Below are positions 1 through 8,221 of a stretch of 35,987 nucleotides of DNA, piece by piece; positions within the stretch are counted from its first letter, which is position 1; each line of letters begins with the position of its first letter. The stretch comes from an uncultured Pirellulales bacterium (GTDB lineage: Bacteria; Planctomycetota; Phycisphaerae; Sedimentisphaerales; SM23-30): contig CAYNXW010000002.1 of assembly GCA_964401265.1 (NCBI GenBank), forward strand, positions 1 through 35,987, in the 5' to 3' direction. Position numbers and translations under genes: made by a program. The notes under the pieces are model-generated. The model searched no databases and had not been told where the DNA came from. It was given only the letters and a program-made list of their open reading frames with translations.

Positions 1-999
1 CAAGGCACTTCTGGTTTCCATTTTGCCTTCCCGGTAATCTGACACGAGCAGGGGGGCTACCATAGCTATTGGAAAGACGGATGACAAGCCGGCACTTAGT
101 GTGCCAATCAGGAAAATCGCGACGCAGAATCTTCCGGCGATCGGCTTTAAGGTATACACCATATCCAGCACCGTATTGATACTCTTGCCCTCTTTGAATA
201 GAGCACCGGTGGCGCAGATCATAATTGAACTGCTAATGATGAACATAAGAAAGGCGGAGAGGAAAGCGTCTCTGCTCTGTTCTTTTTTGTGGCCAACTTG
301 CCAGCCCTTACTTTTGAGCAGCAGGGGTCTGACGACAAAAGTCGGTGCGGCCATCGTGGTGCCTACAAAGGCTGCGATCATCAACTTGGCACCCGGCACT
401 TGAGGGATTCGCGGCCAGAGCCCCGCTGCGATTTCCCGGGGTGGGGGCAACACGATAAACATGGAGATTATGAAGCAGAGCCCCATGATTGTAACAAATA
501 CAATCAGCACTTTTTCAAAGAAGGAGTACTTGCCTATTAGAATAAACAGATACATGACGCATATTATAGCGATGGCAATTCCAAGCACCGCCCAGTAGTT
601 CTCGGGGTGGATATGTGGCATGAACAGCCGTAAGGTTTCATAGATTGCATGAGAACTTAATCCGACGATTCCAGACAAGCAACACCATTGCCCTAGAATA
701 ATCCCCATTGTTACTATGATCGCAACAAGCTTTCCACACATGACGTGTGACTTGAGACTATGGATAGTCGTCTGGCCCGTCACAATGGCGTATCGGCCCG
801 CGGCCTCCATCATGACCCAGGAAAAGAGGCAACTGAGTGCCAATACCCATAACAATCGCATGCCATATTGGGAGCCTGACTTGGCCATAGTGGTGACACT
901 GCCGGTCCCGATGGTATAGCCGATGCAGAAGATGCCAGGCCCCACAGCCAACAGTATTAGCCAAAACCTTCGTAAAACCGATATGCCGTAATTGAACAC
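1..999 (-). CDS. NRAMP-family divalent metal (Mn2+/Fe2+) transporter; 3' end lies beyond the window
   Basis: Absent from the ORF track because its stop lies left of position 1. I translated the minus strand by hand in the frame whose codons begin at coordinates divisible by 3; it is open for all 333 codons from 999 to 1. Translation: VFNYGISVLRRFWLILLAVGPGIFCIGYTIGTGSVTTMAKSGSQYGMRLLWVLALSCLFSWVMMEAAGRYAIVTGQTTIHSL...AIFLIGTLSAGLSSVFPIAMVAPLLVSDYREGKMETRSAL. The GPG..IGY..GTGSVTT and AGLSS segments and the serial hydrophobic helices are typical of NRAMP/MntH-like carriers. An in-frame TAG at 1011-1009 bounds the ORF. GTG at 999-997 follows AGAGGTGG (1010-1003, minus strand). Confidence 0.8.
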   Translation of the reverse strand, partial: MFNYGISVLRRFWLILLAVGPGIFCIGYTIGTGSVTTMAKSGSQYGMRLLWVLALSCLFSWVMMEAAGRYAIVTGQTTIHSLKSHVMCGKLVAIIVTMGIILGQWCCLSGIVGLSSHAIYETLRLFMPHIHPENYWAVLGIAIAIICVMYLFILIGKYSFFEKVLIVFVTIMGLCFIISMFIVLPPPREIAAGLWPRIPQVPGAKLMIAAFVGTTMAAPTFVVRPLLLKSKGWQVGHKKEQSRDAFLSAFLMFIISSSIMICATGALFKEGKSINTVLDMVYTLKPIAGRFCVAIFLIGTLSAGLSSVFPIAMVAPLLVSDYREGKMETRSAL

Positions 1000-1010
1000 G
1001 TGCCACCTCT

Positions 1011-1026
1011 AGTGCACTTTTGCACT
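1011..1026 (-). promoter_or_regulatory. Perfect palindrome AGTGCA-CTTT-TGCACT abutting the NRAMP ribosome-binding site (possible operator or leader hairpin)
   Basis: AGTGCACTTTTGCACT is read directly at 1011-1026, immediately 5' (in gene orientation) of the Shine-Dalgarno-like block and the GTG start. Any function is inferred from position only. Confidence 0.3.
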
Positions 1027-1437
1027 CTTGATAAAGGATTAAGCGGCTGGGGCTAATGTTTCGAGCAGGAACTCGCATTGTTTGTCATAGACGGTAGAAG
1101 CTCCGAAGCTACATTCTATTCTTTCCCGGCAAAGGTCGCGGTGCAGGCAGGCGAGGGGGTCGGCAAGGCCTGGCCGGGATTTGAGGGGATTCCACGGTTG
1201 CACGATGAAATAACGGTTGTGGTTGGCCCGGGGCGGCTGCCACAGCCATACCGTTGATTAGAGCCCCGGGGGCATGCCGGCCACCCGTTCGGGGCGTGTG
1301 TCCTTGGAAGTCTGCGGCTGCCGGCCGCCGAGCAGTTTTCTGGTATTTTTGTGTTCGCAAGATATCGAAATCACCGGCCTGTAAAGGGCGAAAGTTCACT
1401 TTTCGTAAAGAGAAGGTGTCTGCTGCTGAGAATCATG

Positions 1438-3543
1438 TCACTTCGTTGCTGAGTCGTCAGCCGCTCGGCGCTCCAGCATTGCACGAATACCTGCCAAGGG
1501 GAGCGATGGGCTGGCCAGGTAATTTTGAATATGATGATATTGTGGTCCGAAGATCCACTCGTAGGCTCCGCCTTTGGCGAAATCGGCTACCATGTCAAGT
1601 ACAGTCTGGTCTGCGAGTTCAGGGTCTACGAGATCAAGGGTGTAGACAAACCAGCCTGTTGGTACAGGCCAGTAGGCTCCGTCTTGATACATGTCACGGG
1701 GATAGGGTTTGCCTTTTCCGCCGGTCGCTCTTTCCCAATAGACACCGCCGGGCAGGTGTCGAATGTGGCCGTTGAGCACGATCTCGGAGTAGTGTTTCTT
1801 AAAGTAGGTGGCGACAGCCTTGGATTGTGCCGCGTCGGCAACGCCGAGGTAGACGGCAAAGGCGGATCCCCAGATATCATGTTCGCGGCAGACGACGGTG
1901 GCGGCGCGGAATAAGCCGACCTGGGCGTCCCAGAACACCTTGCGGATGCTCGCGGCGACGCGCTGGGCTTCTGCTTTCCAGTGCGAGGCATCGTCCACGC
2001 GGCCCAGTTCTTCGAGTAGATCGGCCAGCTGACGCGACGCCTGCACATACAGGAGTGAGCAGAATAGAAGGTCGCCCTGTTTGCGGATGGTGTCGGTGAA
2101 GCCATAGGGGCATCGGTTCCACGCGTCGCCCGGCTCGATGTGAACGAGGCGTGTCTCGCAATTGCGCGGCGCGGCGTTCATGGTCTTTATGAGCGGCTCG
2201 ATGATCTCGCCGAGCAACTGCTTGTCCTTCGTCTTGCGGTAGGTGTGCCAGGCGACGGAGACGGTGAACTGCGAGCCATCGGCTACGGGGTGTTTGCCCA
2301 TCTCACCGTGGCCGGGTTGGTAGATGGGCGTGCCGTCAAAGTCTACCTTGTCTACGCCGGCGCCGTCGTCGCGTATACCGCGGATAAACACGCGGCAGGC
2401 GGCGGTCAACTCCTCGTTGGAATAGGTGTCAATGGCGCCTTCGAGAGTATATTCATAGTCCCGGAGCCAGAACCCCTCATAACCAAGGCCCACCTGTGGC
2501 GGAAAGGCAGCGGTGCCATCGTTCATGGTCCGTTTCGAGGCACGAATGATGCGGTGCGATTCTTTTTCGAGCCATCTGACGGCGTCGGCCATTGCTCTTG
2601 TCGCGCCGGGCGGCGTCGGTTTGGGGGCGGCTGGAGGTGTGCTCTTTGGCGTGAGGCAGGTGGGGGGGGACGGCGGCGAAGCGGTGTCCCGCACCAACCG
2701 GAAACCTATGCTTCCGTAGCGACCGGATGCGACGAATAGTTCGCGGTAGGTCACTTGGCAGTGACGCGCATACTTGCTGTACCAGTGGCCGCCACGGACA
2801 AAGCGAGTGTCGCCCGGATAAACGGAGCTGGTCCATTCATAGAGATTACCGCTCATGTCATAGCAGCCGTAATAGCTCTTATGAGCATTGTAACTGCCCA
2901 CCTCTGTTGGGCTGCCGACACAGTTGTTATAATTGCAGTTCGAGCAGTCAATCGTATCGCTCTGGAAGGCGTAGGCATAGAACTTGTGTTGGACGGGGTC
3001 CCATCCGGCGGCTTTTTCCCACTCCTGCTCGGTGGGTAGACGGTAATTCAGGTTGGTCTGGCTGGCCTTCCAGTCGGCGTAGGCTCGCGCGTCATAATAG
3101 CTGACATGGCGTATAGGGAAGTTCTCCCGGTTGGAATTGACAGTATAGCTATAACTGCCTGCTCTTCCGTGGCGTGATATTTCCTGCCTGCTATCCCAAT
3201 GCGTACTGTCTGTGTCAGCGGCATTTAGAAACTCGCAATATCGCTGGACGGTCACCCCGTATTTGCCAATCAAGAAGCCTTTGACCGCGACCCATTTGCC
3301 TTTTGGGGCCTTTTGGTAAGGAAATGGTCCTGCTTTGACCATGGCCATGGGGGCGACGTTCTGGTCGGCCGGGGCATGGGTCAGCTTGTGGTAGATGTTG
3401 GCCAGTTTGGCGTCGTTGGTTGGGGGCGCTGCGTCGACATTGGCTGTCACCGGGGCTGAATTGGCCTGGAGAAAAGCCTGGGCAAGTGTAAAGATCAAGG
3501 CAAGCGTGGAGGGCCCATTGGTATTTCGATGCAAAGAAGACAT
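1438..3543 (-). CDS. Secreted two-domain protein: N-terminal FGE-sulfatase (SUMF1/formylglycine-generating-enzyme-like) domain, Pro-rich linker, C-terminal ~400-aa glycoside-hydrolase-like (possibly alpha/alpha-6 barrel) domain
   Basis: 701-aa ORF. The N-terminus MSSLHRNTNGPSTLALIFTLAQAFLQANSAP looks like a signal peptide. FGE-sulfatase hallmarks are present: YRLPTEQEWEKAAGWD, GNLYEWTSS, VRGGHWYS, GFRLVRD. The linker is ASPPSPPTCLTPKSTPPAAPKPTPPG. The C-terminal half has EGFWLRDYEY and a helix-rich pattern reminiscent of alpha/alpha-barrel hydrolases; this half is the weaker call. Confidence 0.8.
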   Translation of the reverse strand: MSSLHRNTNGPSTLALIFTLAQAFLQANSAPVTANVDAAPPTNDAKLANIYHKLTHAPADQNVAPMAMVKAGPFPYQKAPKGKWVAVKGFLIGKYGVTVQRYCEFLNAADTDSTHWDSRQEISRHGRAGSYSYTVNSNRENFPIRHVSYYDARAYADWKASQTNLNYRLPTEQEWEKAAGWDPVQHKFYAYAFQSDTIDCSNCNYNNCVGSPTEVGSYNAHKSYYGCYDMSGNLYEWTSSVYPGDTRFVRGGHWYSKYARHCQVTYRELFVASGRYGSIGFRLVRDTASPPSPPTCLTPKSTPPAAPKPTPPGATRAMADAVRWLEKESHRIIRASKRTMNDGTAAFPPQVGLGYEGFWLRDYEYTLEGAIDTYSNEELTAACRVFIRGIRDDGAGVDKVDFDGTPIYQPGHGEMGKHPVADGSQFTVSVAWHTYRKTKDKQLLGEIIEPLIKTMNAAPRNCETRLVHIEPGDAWNRCPYGFTDTIRKQGDLLFCSLLYVQASRQLADLLEELGRVDDASHWKAEAQRVAASIRKVFWDAQVGLFRAATVVCREHDIWGSAFAVYLGVADAAQSKAVATYFKKHYSEIVLNGHIRHLPGGVYWERATGGKGKPYPRDMYQDGAYWPVPTGWFVYTLDLVDPELADQTVLDMVADFAKGGAYEWIFGPQYHHIQNYLASPSLPLAGIRAMLERRAADDSATK

Positions 3544-3686
3544 GGTAAAGTCCTTTTATTGCTGATGATTTTGTGGGAAATCAGCCAGGGCTTTTGCAGG
3601 CGTTAGTATCTACAATGGGCAGCGCGGAGGGGCACGGCTGAAATTCCACGCGTGTGTTATGGCTGGGAGTAGGAGGCGTCGCGTGT

Positions 3687-4529
3687 TTAGAGGCCATTCT
3701 TTTTGAGGTACTTGACGCTCTTTTTGAGGATGTCCTCCGAGCCGATGATTTCGAGGGTGGAGCCGGCGGCGGGGGCGTCTTTGAGGACGTCGCAGACGCC
3801 TTTGATGTCGATGACGCCGTCGCCGAGGGCGATGGTGGAGAAGCCGCAGCCGAAGACGGAGCCTCGTTTGGTTTCCCATTCGCTGTCGAGGTCTTTCCAG
3901 TGTACGTGGTGGATTTTGTCTTTGAAGACTTTTGCCATTTCGACGGGGTCGGCTCCTCCGAGCCAGGAGTTGCCGGTATCGAGGTTGAGGCCGAGGGCGT
4001 CGGGGTTGCCGAGTCTGTCGAAGACATGCTGGAGGCCTTTGATGGAGTCGGTGATGGGGCCGTGGGGTTCGAGTAGGATTCGGACGCCGTAGTCGGCGGC
4101 CATTTTGACGGGCGTGTAGAGTTTTTCGGCGATGATGAAGATGCTTTCCTGGTAGGAGAGGCTGTGGGCCCATTGTGAGCAGGGTTCGGTTTCGGTGGTG
4201 ACGACGTCTTTGATTCCGATGGCGGCAGCGAATTTGACGGCCTTCATGATTTCGTCGGTGGCAAAGACAGCGGGGTTGGAGGGTTCGAGGAGTCCGGCGT
4301 GGGCGCAGACGGAGGAGGGGGCGATGCCGTACTTTTCGAAGAGTCGTTTTACTTCGAAGGGGTTGTCGTCGAGGCTGACGGTGGGGGAGAATCCGGCGGT
4401 GCCGAGCATACTGCCGCCGGCGTTGGTGTCGGTGATGTCGGCGTTTTTGAATCCCATGTTTTTGGCGTGCTTTAGCTGTTGTTCAACGGAGGCGAAGGGT
4501 TCGATGAGCAGGAATACTCCAACGTACAT
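3687..4529 (-). CDS. Sugar phosphate isomerase/epimerase (xylose-isomerase-like TIM barrel family)
   Basis: The ORF in the track is 3687..4586. I prefer the internal ATG at 4529-4527 (MYVGVFLLIEPF...) because AGGAGA lies 5 nt upstream at 4540-4535 (minus strand). Family motifs: LLEPH, LGLNLDTGNSWLGG, HHVHWKDLD. Confidence 0.8.
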   Translation of the reverse strand: MYVGVFLLIEPFASVEQQLKHAKNMGFKNADITDTNAGGSMLGTAGFSPTVSLDDNPFEVKRLFEKYGIAPSSVCAHAGLLEPSNPAVFATDEIMKAVKFAAAIGIKDVVTTETEPCSQWAHSLSYQESIFIIAEKLYTPVKMAADYGVRILLEPHGPITDSIKGLQHVFDRLGNPDALGLNLDTGNSWLGGADPVEMAKVFKDKIHHVHWKDLDSEWETKRGSVFGCGFSTIALGDGVIDIKGVCDVLKDAPAAGSTLEIIGSEDILKKSVKYLKKNGL

Positions 4530-4674
4530 AACGGTCTCCTGAAGAGTAATGGGTTTCCGTAGGCTTTTTCGGGCGCGAGAAGACATGTGGTATGATAGTG
4601 TGTGAGGGCCTTTTTGGCAAGTGTGGAGGCTGGAGCGGGGTGTGGAGGGGGCCGGTGGTGAGTGGTGAGGGGGG

Positions 4675-4702
4675 TTGAGAGGAGGATGGCGTCGGGTATA
4701 AT
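4675..4702 (+). promoter_or_regulatory. Candidate sigma-70-type promoter TTGAGA-16 nt-TATAAT for the Cys-rich small gene
   Basis: TTGAGA at 4675-4680, a 16-nt spacer, and a perfect TATAAT at 4697-4702. This lies ~45 nt upstream of the ATG at 4748. Sequence match only. Confidence 0.4.
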
Positions 4703-4747
4703 GGGGCTAGTTGGGGGTTGAGGCATTTGTTTTGAGGAGTGGTTGGT

Positions 4748-4945
4748 ATGGAATGTAAGAAGGCAGAGAATTTGAAGACGGTTTGCACGTGTTCGTATCC
4801 GGGGTGTTCGCGGAAGGGGATGTGTTGTGAGTGTCTGAGTTACCATTTGAAGAGTCGTCAGTTGCCGGGTTGTTGTTTTCCGTCGGATGTGGAGCGTAGC
4901 TATGACCGGAGTTTTGAGGCGTTTGCGCGGGCGTGGGGGTTGTGA
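4748..4945 (+). CDS. Small Cys-rich protein (65 aa) resembling the uncharacterised family annotated as DUF6485
   Basis: MECKKAENLKTVCTCSYPGCSRKGMCCECLSYHLKSRQLPGCCFPSDVERSYDRSFEAFARAWGL has 9 Cys in a C-x-C...C..KG.CCEC..YH...LP.C pattern that I recall from DUF6485-type proteins. ATG 4748 is preceded by GAGGAG (4734-4739). The track ORF starts at an upstream GTG (4739). Confidence 0.55.
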   Translation: MECKKAENLKTVCTCSYPGCSRKGMCCECLSYHLKSRQLPGCCFPSDVERSYDRSFEAFARAWGL

Positions 4946-5064
4946 TCGAGGCTGAAGAGCTGTAGTTCGTAGCGGTGAGGGGGTGGGGTTGGTCGGGGGT
5001 GTGGCTGGTTCTGGGGCGGGTATTTTTTCGTAAGTTCTTTTTTGGCAGGAGTTTAAGTTTTTCT

Positions 5065-5092
5065 TTGCAGTGACGTGTCGCCTTGTTATACT
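5065..5092 (+). promoter_or_regulatory. Candidate sigma-70-type promoter TTGCAG-16 nt-TATACT upstream of rpsO
   Basis: TTGCAG at 5065-5070 and TATACT at 5087-5092. This would give a ~120-nt rpsO leader. Sequence match only. Confidence 0.35.
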
Positions 5093-5219
5093 GTTAGCAG
5101 TAGTGCCGAAGTGTCGGAATGGCCGATAGGGGTACTAAGGAGTATAGTACAGTCAACAAGGAACACGATTTGTGCTGGGCGGTGCCGTCGTTCGGGCCGG
5201 CTGGGCAAAGGGAACAGAA

Positions 5220-5486
5220 ATGATTACAGCAGAACAGAAGCAGCAGGTGATTGAGGAATATGCGGTTCATGAGGGCGACACGGGTTCGCCTGAGGTTCAG
5301 GTGGCGATTCTGACGAAGCGGATCGTGGATTTGACCGAGCACATGAAGTCGCACAAGAAGGATTTCAGCTCGCGTCGTGGTTTGTTGAAGATGGTGGGCA
5401 AGCGATCGGGTCTGTTGAAATATTTGTCGCAGACGGATCACAGTCGTTATGTGACGCTGATTGGTCGTTTGGGTCTGCGTAAGTAG
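5220..5486 (+). CDS. rpsO: 30S ribosomal protein S15
   Basis: The 88-aa product from ATG 5220 is [88 protein letters not shown]. This is the canonical S15 pattern (GDTGS.EVQVA.LT.RI..L..H...H.KD..SRRGL). The gene sits in the conserved position upstream of pnp. The track ORF starts at GTG 5172, which would add 16 non-conserved residues. Confidence 0.95.
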   Translation: MITAEQKQQVIEEYAVHEGDTGSPEVQVAILTKRIVDLTEHMKSHKKDFSSRRGLLKMVGKRSGLLKYLSQTDHSRYVTLIGRLGLRK

Positions 5487-5852
5487 AGTGTCGGTAGGCA
5501 GGTGCGGTAAATTGTCGGGCAGGTTGTAGAGGTGATTTTTGCATCAAGTTGAAGCGGGGTTGTCAGGGGCCGGTCGATGTGGCCGTGCTCGGCGGCATCG
5601 TGGAATAGCGGTGGGGTGTGGTGGGGCACACCAGGGGGGCGGAGTGGTGTTGCGCATCGTCAGGGCGGGTTATCTTTGTGAGTATTCCGGAGAGACAAGG
5701 CCTTTTGGGGCTGCAGTGGCGGGGTTTGGGGGGCGAGCGGGTTCCGGAGGTGTTTGTGTGGGGTAAGGTGATTCTGTTACGTTAACGAAGAGAAGTTAGT
5801 TATAGAGAGTAAGTTCAGGTAAGCAAGGTAAGAAAAGGTAAGGTAAAAGAAG

Positions 5853-7970
5853 ATGTCGATGGTAAAGAAGGTAGAGCGTCAGATAGCGGGCAGGATGTTG
5901 TCGATTGAGACGGGTAAGCTGGCGAAGCTGGCGGCAGGGGCGGCGATGGTTCGCTATGGCGAGACGGTGGTGTTTGCGACGGCGGTGTCGTCGGATCCTC
6001 GTGAGGGGATAGACTTTTTCCCGCTGACGGTGGATTACCGTGAGAAGCTGGCGGCGGCGGGCAAGTTCCCGGGTGGTTTCATCAAGCGGGAAGGGCGTCC
6101 GACGTTGAAAGAGATTTTGACGATGCGGATGATAGACAGGCCTTTGCGTCCGTTGTTTCCGGATGGATTCATGAACGAGGTACAGATCCAGACGATGGTG
6201 TGGTCGGCGGATCAGCAGAATGATTCGGATATTTTGGCGTTGATTGGGGCGTCGGCGGCATTGACGATATCGGACATACCGTTTGATGGTCCGGTGGGCG
6301 CGGTGCGGGTGGGTCGCGTTGACGGGGAGTTGATGATCAATCCGACGATGGATGATCGGGCCAAGAGCGATATGGATATGGTGCTGGTGGGGTTGAAGGA
6401 CGGGGTGAACATGATCGAGGTGGGGGCGAAGGAGCTTCCGGAGGACGAGGTGGCCGACGCGATCGAGTTTGGTCACAAGACGATCGCGGAGGTGTGCGAG
6501 CTGATCGAGGAGTTGCGTGCGGACTGTGGCAAGGAGAAGTACAGTTTTGAGCCGTTTGTGCCGACGGAGCTGGTGGATTTGCTTGAGGAGCGTATTGGGA
6601 CGGCGTTTCGTGAGGCGCGTTCGACGGGCAGCAAGCAGGAGCGAGCAGCTGCGGCGGATGCGGTGTTGGCGGGTTTTGTGACGGAGACGTGGCCTGAGGG
6701 TGAGGAGTGTCCTTATACGAAGGCGCAGTTGAACAAGGCGATAGACGCTTTTACGGAGCATGTGGTTCGAGCGGAGTTGATGGCGGGTCGTCGCGCGGAT
6801 GGTCGCGGTTTTGATGATGTGCGTGATTTGACCGGCGAGGTGGCGGTGTTGCCGCGGACGCATGGTTCGGCTATCTTCTCACGTGGGGAGACGCAGTCGA
6901 TGGTGACGTGCACGCTGGGGACGTCGGACGACGAGCAGATTGTCGACGGGTTGGTGGAGGAGTATCGCCAGAAGTTCATGCTTCACTATAATTTTCCGCC
7001 TTTCTGCGTGGGCGAGGCGCGTCGGATCGGGCCGCCGAGTCGTCGCGAGATCGGCCACGGGGCGTTGGCGGAGCGTAGTCTGAAGGAAGTGATTCCGACG
7101 ACGGAAGAGTTTCCGTATACGGTGAAGCTGGTGAGTGACATTCTGGAGTCGAACGGTTCGAGTTCGATGGCGACGGTGTGTGGCGGGACGCTGGCGTTGA
7201 TGGACGCGGGTGTGCCGATTCATCATCCGGTGGCGGGGATATCGGTCGGTCAGGTGAGTGAAGGGGATGAGTATCATCTGTTGACGGATATTTTGGGTGA
7301 GGAAGACCATTATGGGGACATGGATTTCAAGGTGGCGGGGACGCAGGCAGGCATCACCGGTATTCAGGTGGATTTGAAGGCGCGATCGCTGGGATTTGAC
7401 CGGATTCGGGAGATATTCGGCCGGGCGCGTGATGCGAGGATGAAGATTCTGCAGATGCTCCTGAGTGTGATCGATCGTCCGCGGCCGAATTTGTCGACGC
7501 ACGCACCGAAGCTGGTGGTGGTGCAGATTCCTCAGGAGTTGATCGGCAAGCTGATCGGTCCGGGTGGTTCGCAGGTGCGTAAGATCCAGGAGTCGACGGG
7601 TGCGAATATTGAGATTGAAGAAGACGGCACCGTGTTTATCTCTTGCGTGGGCGGCGAGGGTCACTTGAAGGCGAAAGCAATTGTTGAGGCGATGACCAAG
7701 CCGATCGACGTGGGTAGTCTGTATACGGGGCGGGTGGTGACGGTGAAGGACTTTGGTGCGTTTTTGGAGATCGCACCGGGTAAGGAGGGGCTCTGTCACA
7801 TCAGTGAGCTGTCGGACGAGTATGTCGGCTCGGTGACGGACGTGTGCAACGTGGGCGATGACCTGGAAGTGAAGGTGATCGCGATTGACGAGCAGGGGCG
7901 TGTGAAGTTGTCGCGTAAGGCTGCGTTGAAGGAGCAGAAGAAGGGGGAGGCTGCAGAGACGAAGGCATAG
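5853..7970 (+). CDS. pnp: Polyribonucleotide nucleotidyltransferase (PNPase)
   Basis: 705 aa. It has two RNase PH-like halves (FFPLTVDYREKLAAAGKFPGGFIKREGRP; HGSAIFSRGETQ; FPPFCVGE; GHGALAERSL), a KH motif (LIGPGGSQVRKIQ) and an S1 domain (YTGRVVTVKDFGAFLEIAPGKEGLCHISEL). It lies directly downstream of rpsO. Confidence 0.97.
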   Translation: MSMVKKVERQIAGRMLSIETGKLAKLAAGAAMVRYGETVVFATAVSSDPREGIDFFPLTVDYREKLAAAGKFPGGFIKREGRPTLKEILTMRMIDRPLRPLFPDGFMNEVQIQTMVWSADQQNDSDILALIGASAALTISDIPFDGPVGAVRVGRVDGELMINPTMDDRAKSDMDMVLVGLKDGVNMIEVGAKELPEDEVADAIEFGHKTIAEVCELIEELRADCGKEKYSFEPFVPTELVDLLEERIGTAFREARSTGSKQERAAAADAVLAGFVTETWPEGEECPYTKAQLNKAIDAFTEHVVRAELMAGRRADGRGFDDVRDLTGEVAVLPRTHGSAIFSRGETQSMVTCTLGTSDDEQIVDGLVEEYRQKFMLHYNFPPFCVGEARRIGPPSRREIGHGALAERSLKEVIPTTEEFPYTVKLVSDILESNGSSSMATVCGGTLALMDAGVPIHHPVAGISVGQVSEGDEYHLLTDILGEEDHYGDMDFKVAGTQAGITGIQVDLKARSLGFDRIREIFGRARDARMKILQMLLSVIDRPRPNLSTHAPKLVVVQIPQELIGKLIGPGGSQVRKIQESTGANIEIEEDGTVFISCVGGEGHLKAKAIVEAMTKPIDVGSLYTGRVVTVKDFGAFLEIAPGKEGLCHISELSDEYVGSVTDVCNVGDDLEVKVIAIDEQGRVKLSRKAALKEQKKGEAAETKA

Positions 7971-8073
7971 TGCGTTGTTAGGTAGCGATGGTGTTGCGGC
8001 TTCGTCTGGGGTGTGGCAGCGAAGCGGGCGCTAAAGAATGAGGCTGGCAGCTTTGTCGGCTGATGATAGAGAT

Positions 8074-8121
8074 GGGCCTTTGTCCGGGCGAGAGGAAAGC
8101 GTGGGCAAAGGCCCGTTTTTT
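8074..8121 (+). terminator. Candidate intrinsic terminator after pnp
   Basis: GGGCCTTTG (8074-8082) pairs perfectly with CAAAGGCCC (8106-8114), followed by GTTTTTT (8115-8121). The 23-nt loop is longer than in a textbook terminator. Confidence 0.55.
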
Positions 8122-8127
8122 ATAGTG

Positions 8128-8155
8128 ATGAGTTATGAATTATGAGTTATGAATG
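8128..8155 (+). repeat. Tandem direct repeat 2 x 14 nt (ATGAGTTATGAATT / ATGAGTTATGAATG) in an AT-rich island upstream of the kinase gene
   Basis: Read directly. Copy 1 is 8128-8141 and copy 2 is 8142-8155, with 13 of 14 positions identical. It lies between the pnp terminator and the kinase start at 8222. Confidence 0.8.
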
Positions 8156-8221
8156 AAGAGGAAGATATGGGGATGAGGCAGTGCGTGGGGGCGTTGGGCA
8201 GATTGACAAGGTAGTGGTTTG

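Noticed and set aside
101-1078. Small ORFs 101..403, 289..540, 716..919 (+) and 758..1078 (-)
   Set aside because: All overlap the hand-translated NRAMP frame, which is open for 333 codons and has transporter motifs. None of these has any recognisable feature.
1000-1437. Possible Mn2+ (yybP-ykoY-type) riboswitch upstream of the NRAMP gene
   Set aside because: I read the minus strand of the gap and did not see the conserved GGGGAGTAG-type core or a four-helix layout. This cannot be excluded without a covariance-model scan, but nothing supports it.
1109-1775. ORFs 1109..1399 (-, 96 aa) and 1254..1775 (+, 173 aa) in or near the gap upstream of the NRAMP gene
   Set aside because: Their products are P/R/A-rich with no motif and no Shine-Dalgarno. 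The + ORF runs antisense into the FGE-sulfatase gene.
3581-4173. Overlapping ORFs 3581..4027 (-), 3610..4173 (-), 3654..4076 (+) and 3703..4092 (+)
   Set aside because: They are alternative frames of the sugar isomerase/epimerase gene. Their products are S/T/P/R low-complexity, whereas the 3687..4529 frame has family motifs.
5796-7799. Minus-strand ORFs 5796..6863 (355 aa) and 6879..7799 (306 aa)
   Set aside because: They are antisense to pnp, whose identity is unambiguous. Their R/H/L/Q-rich composition is typical of the antisense artefact.
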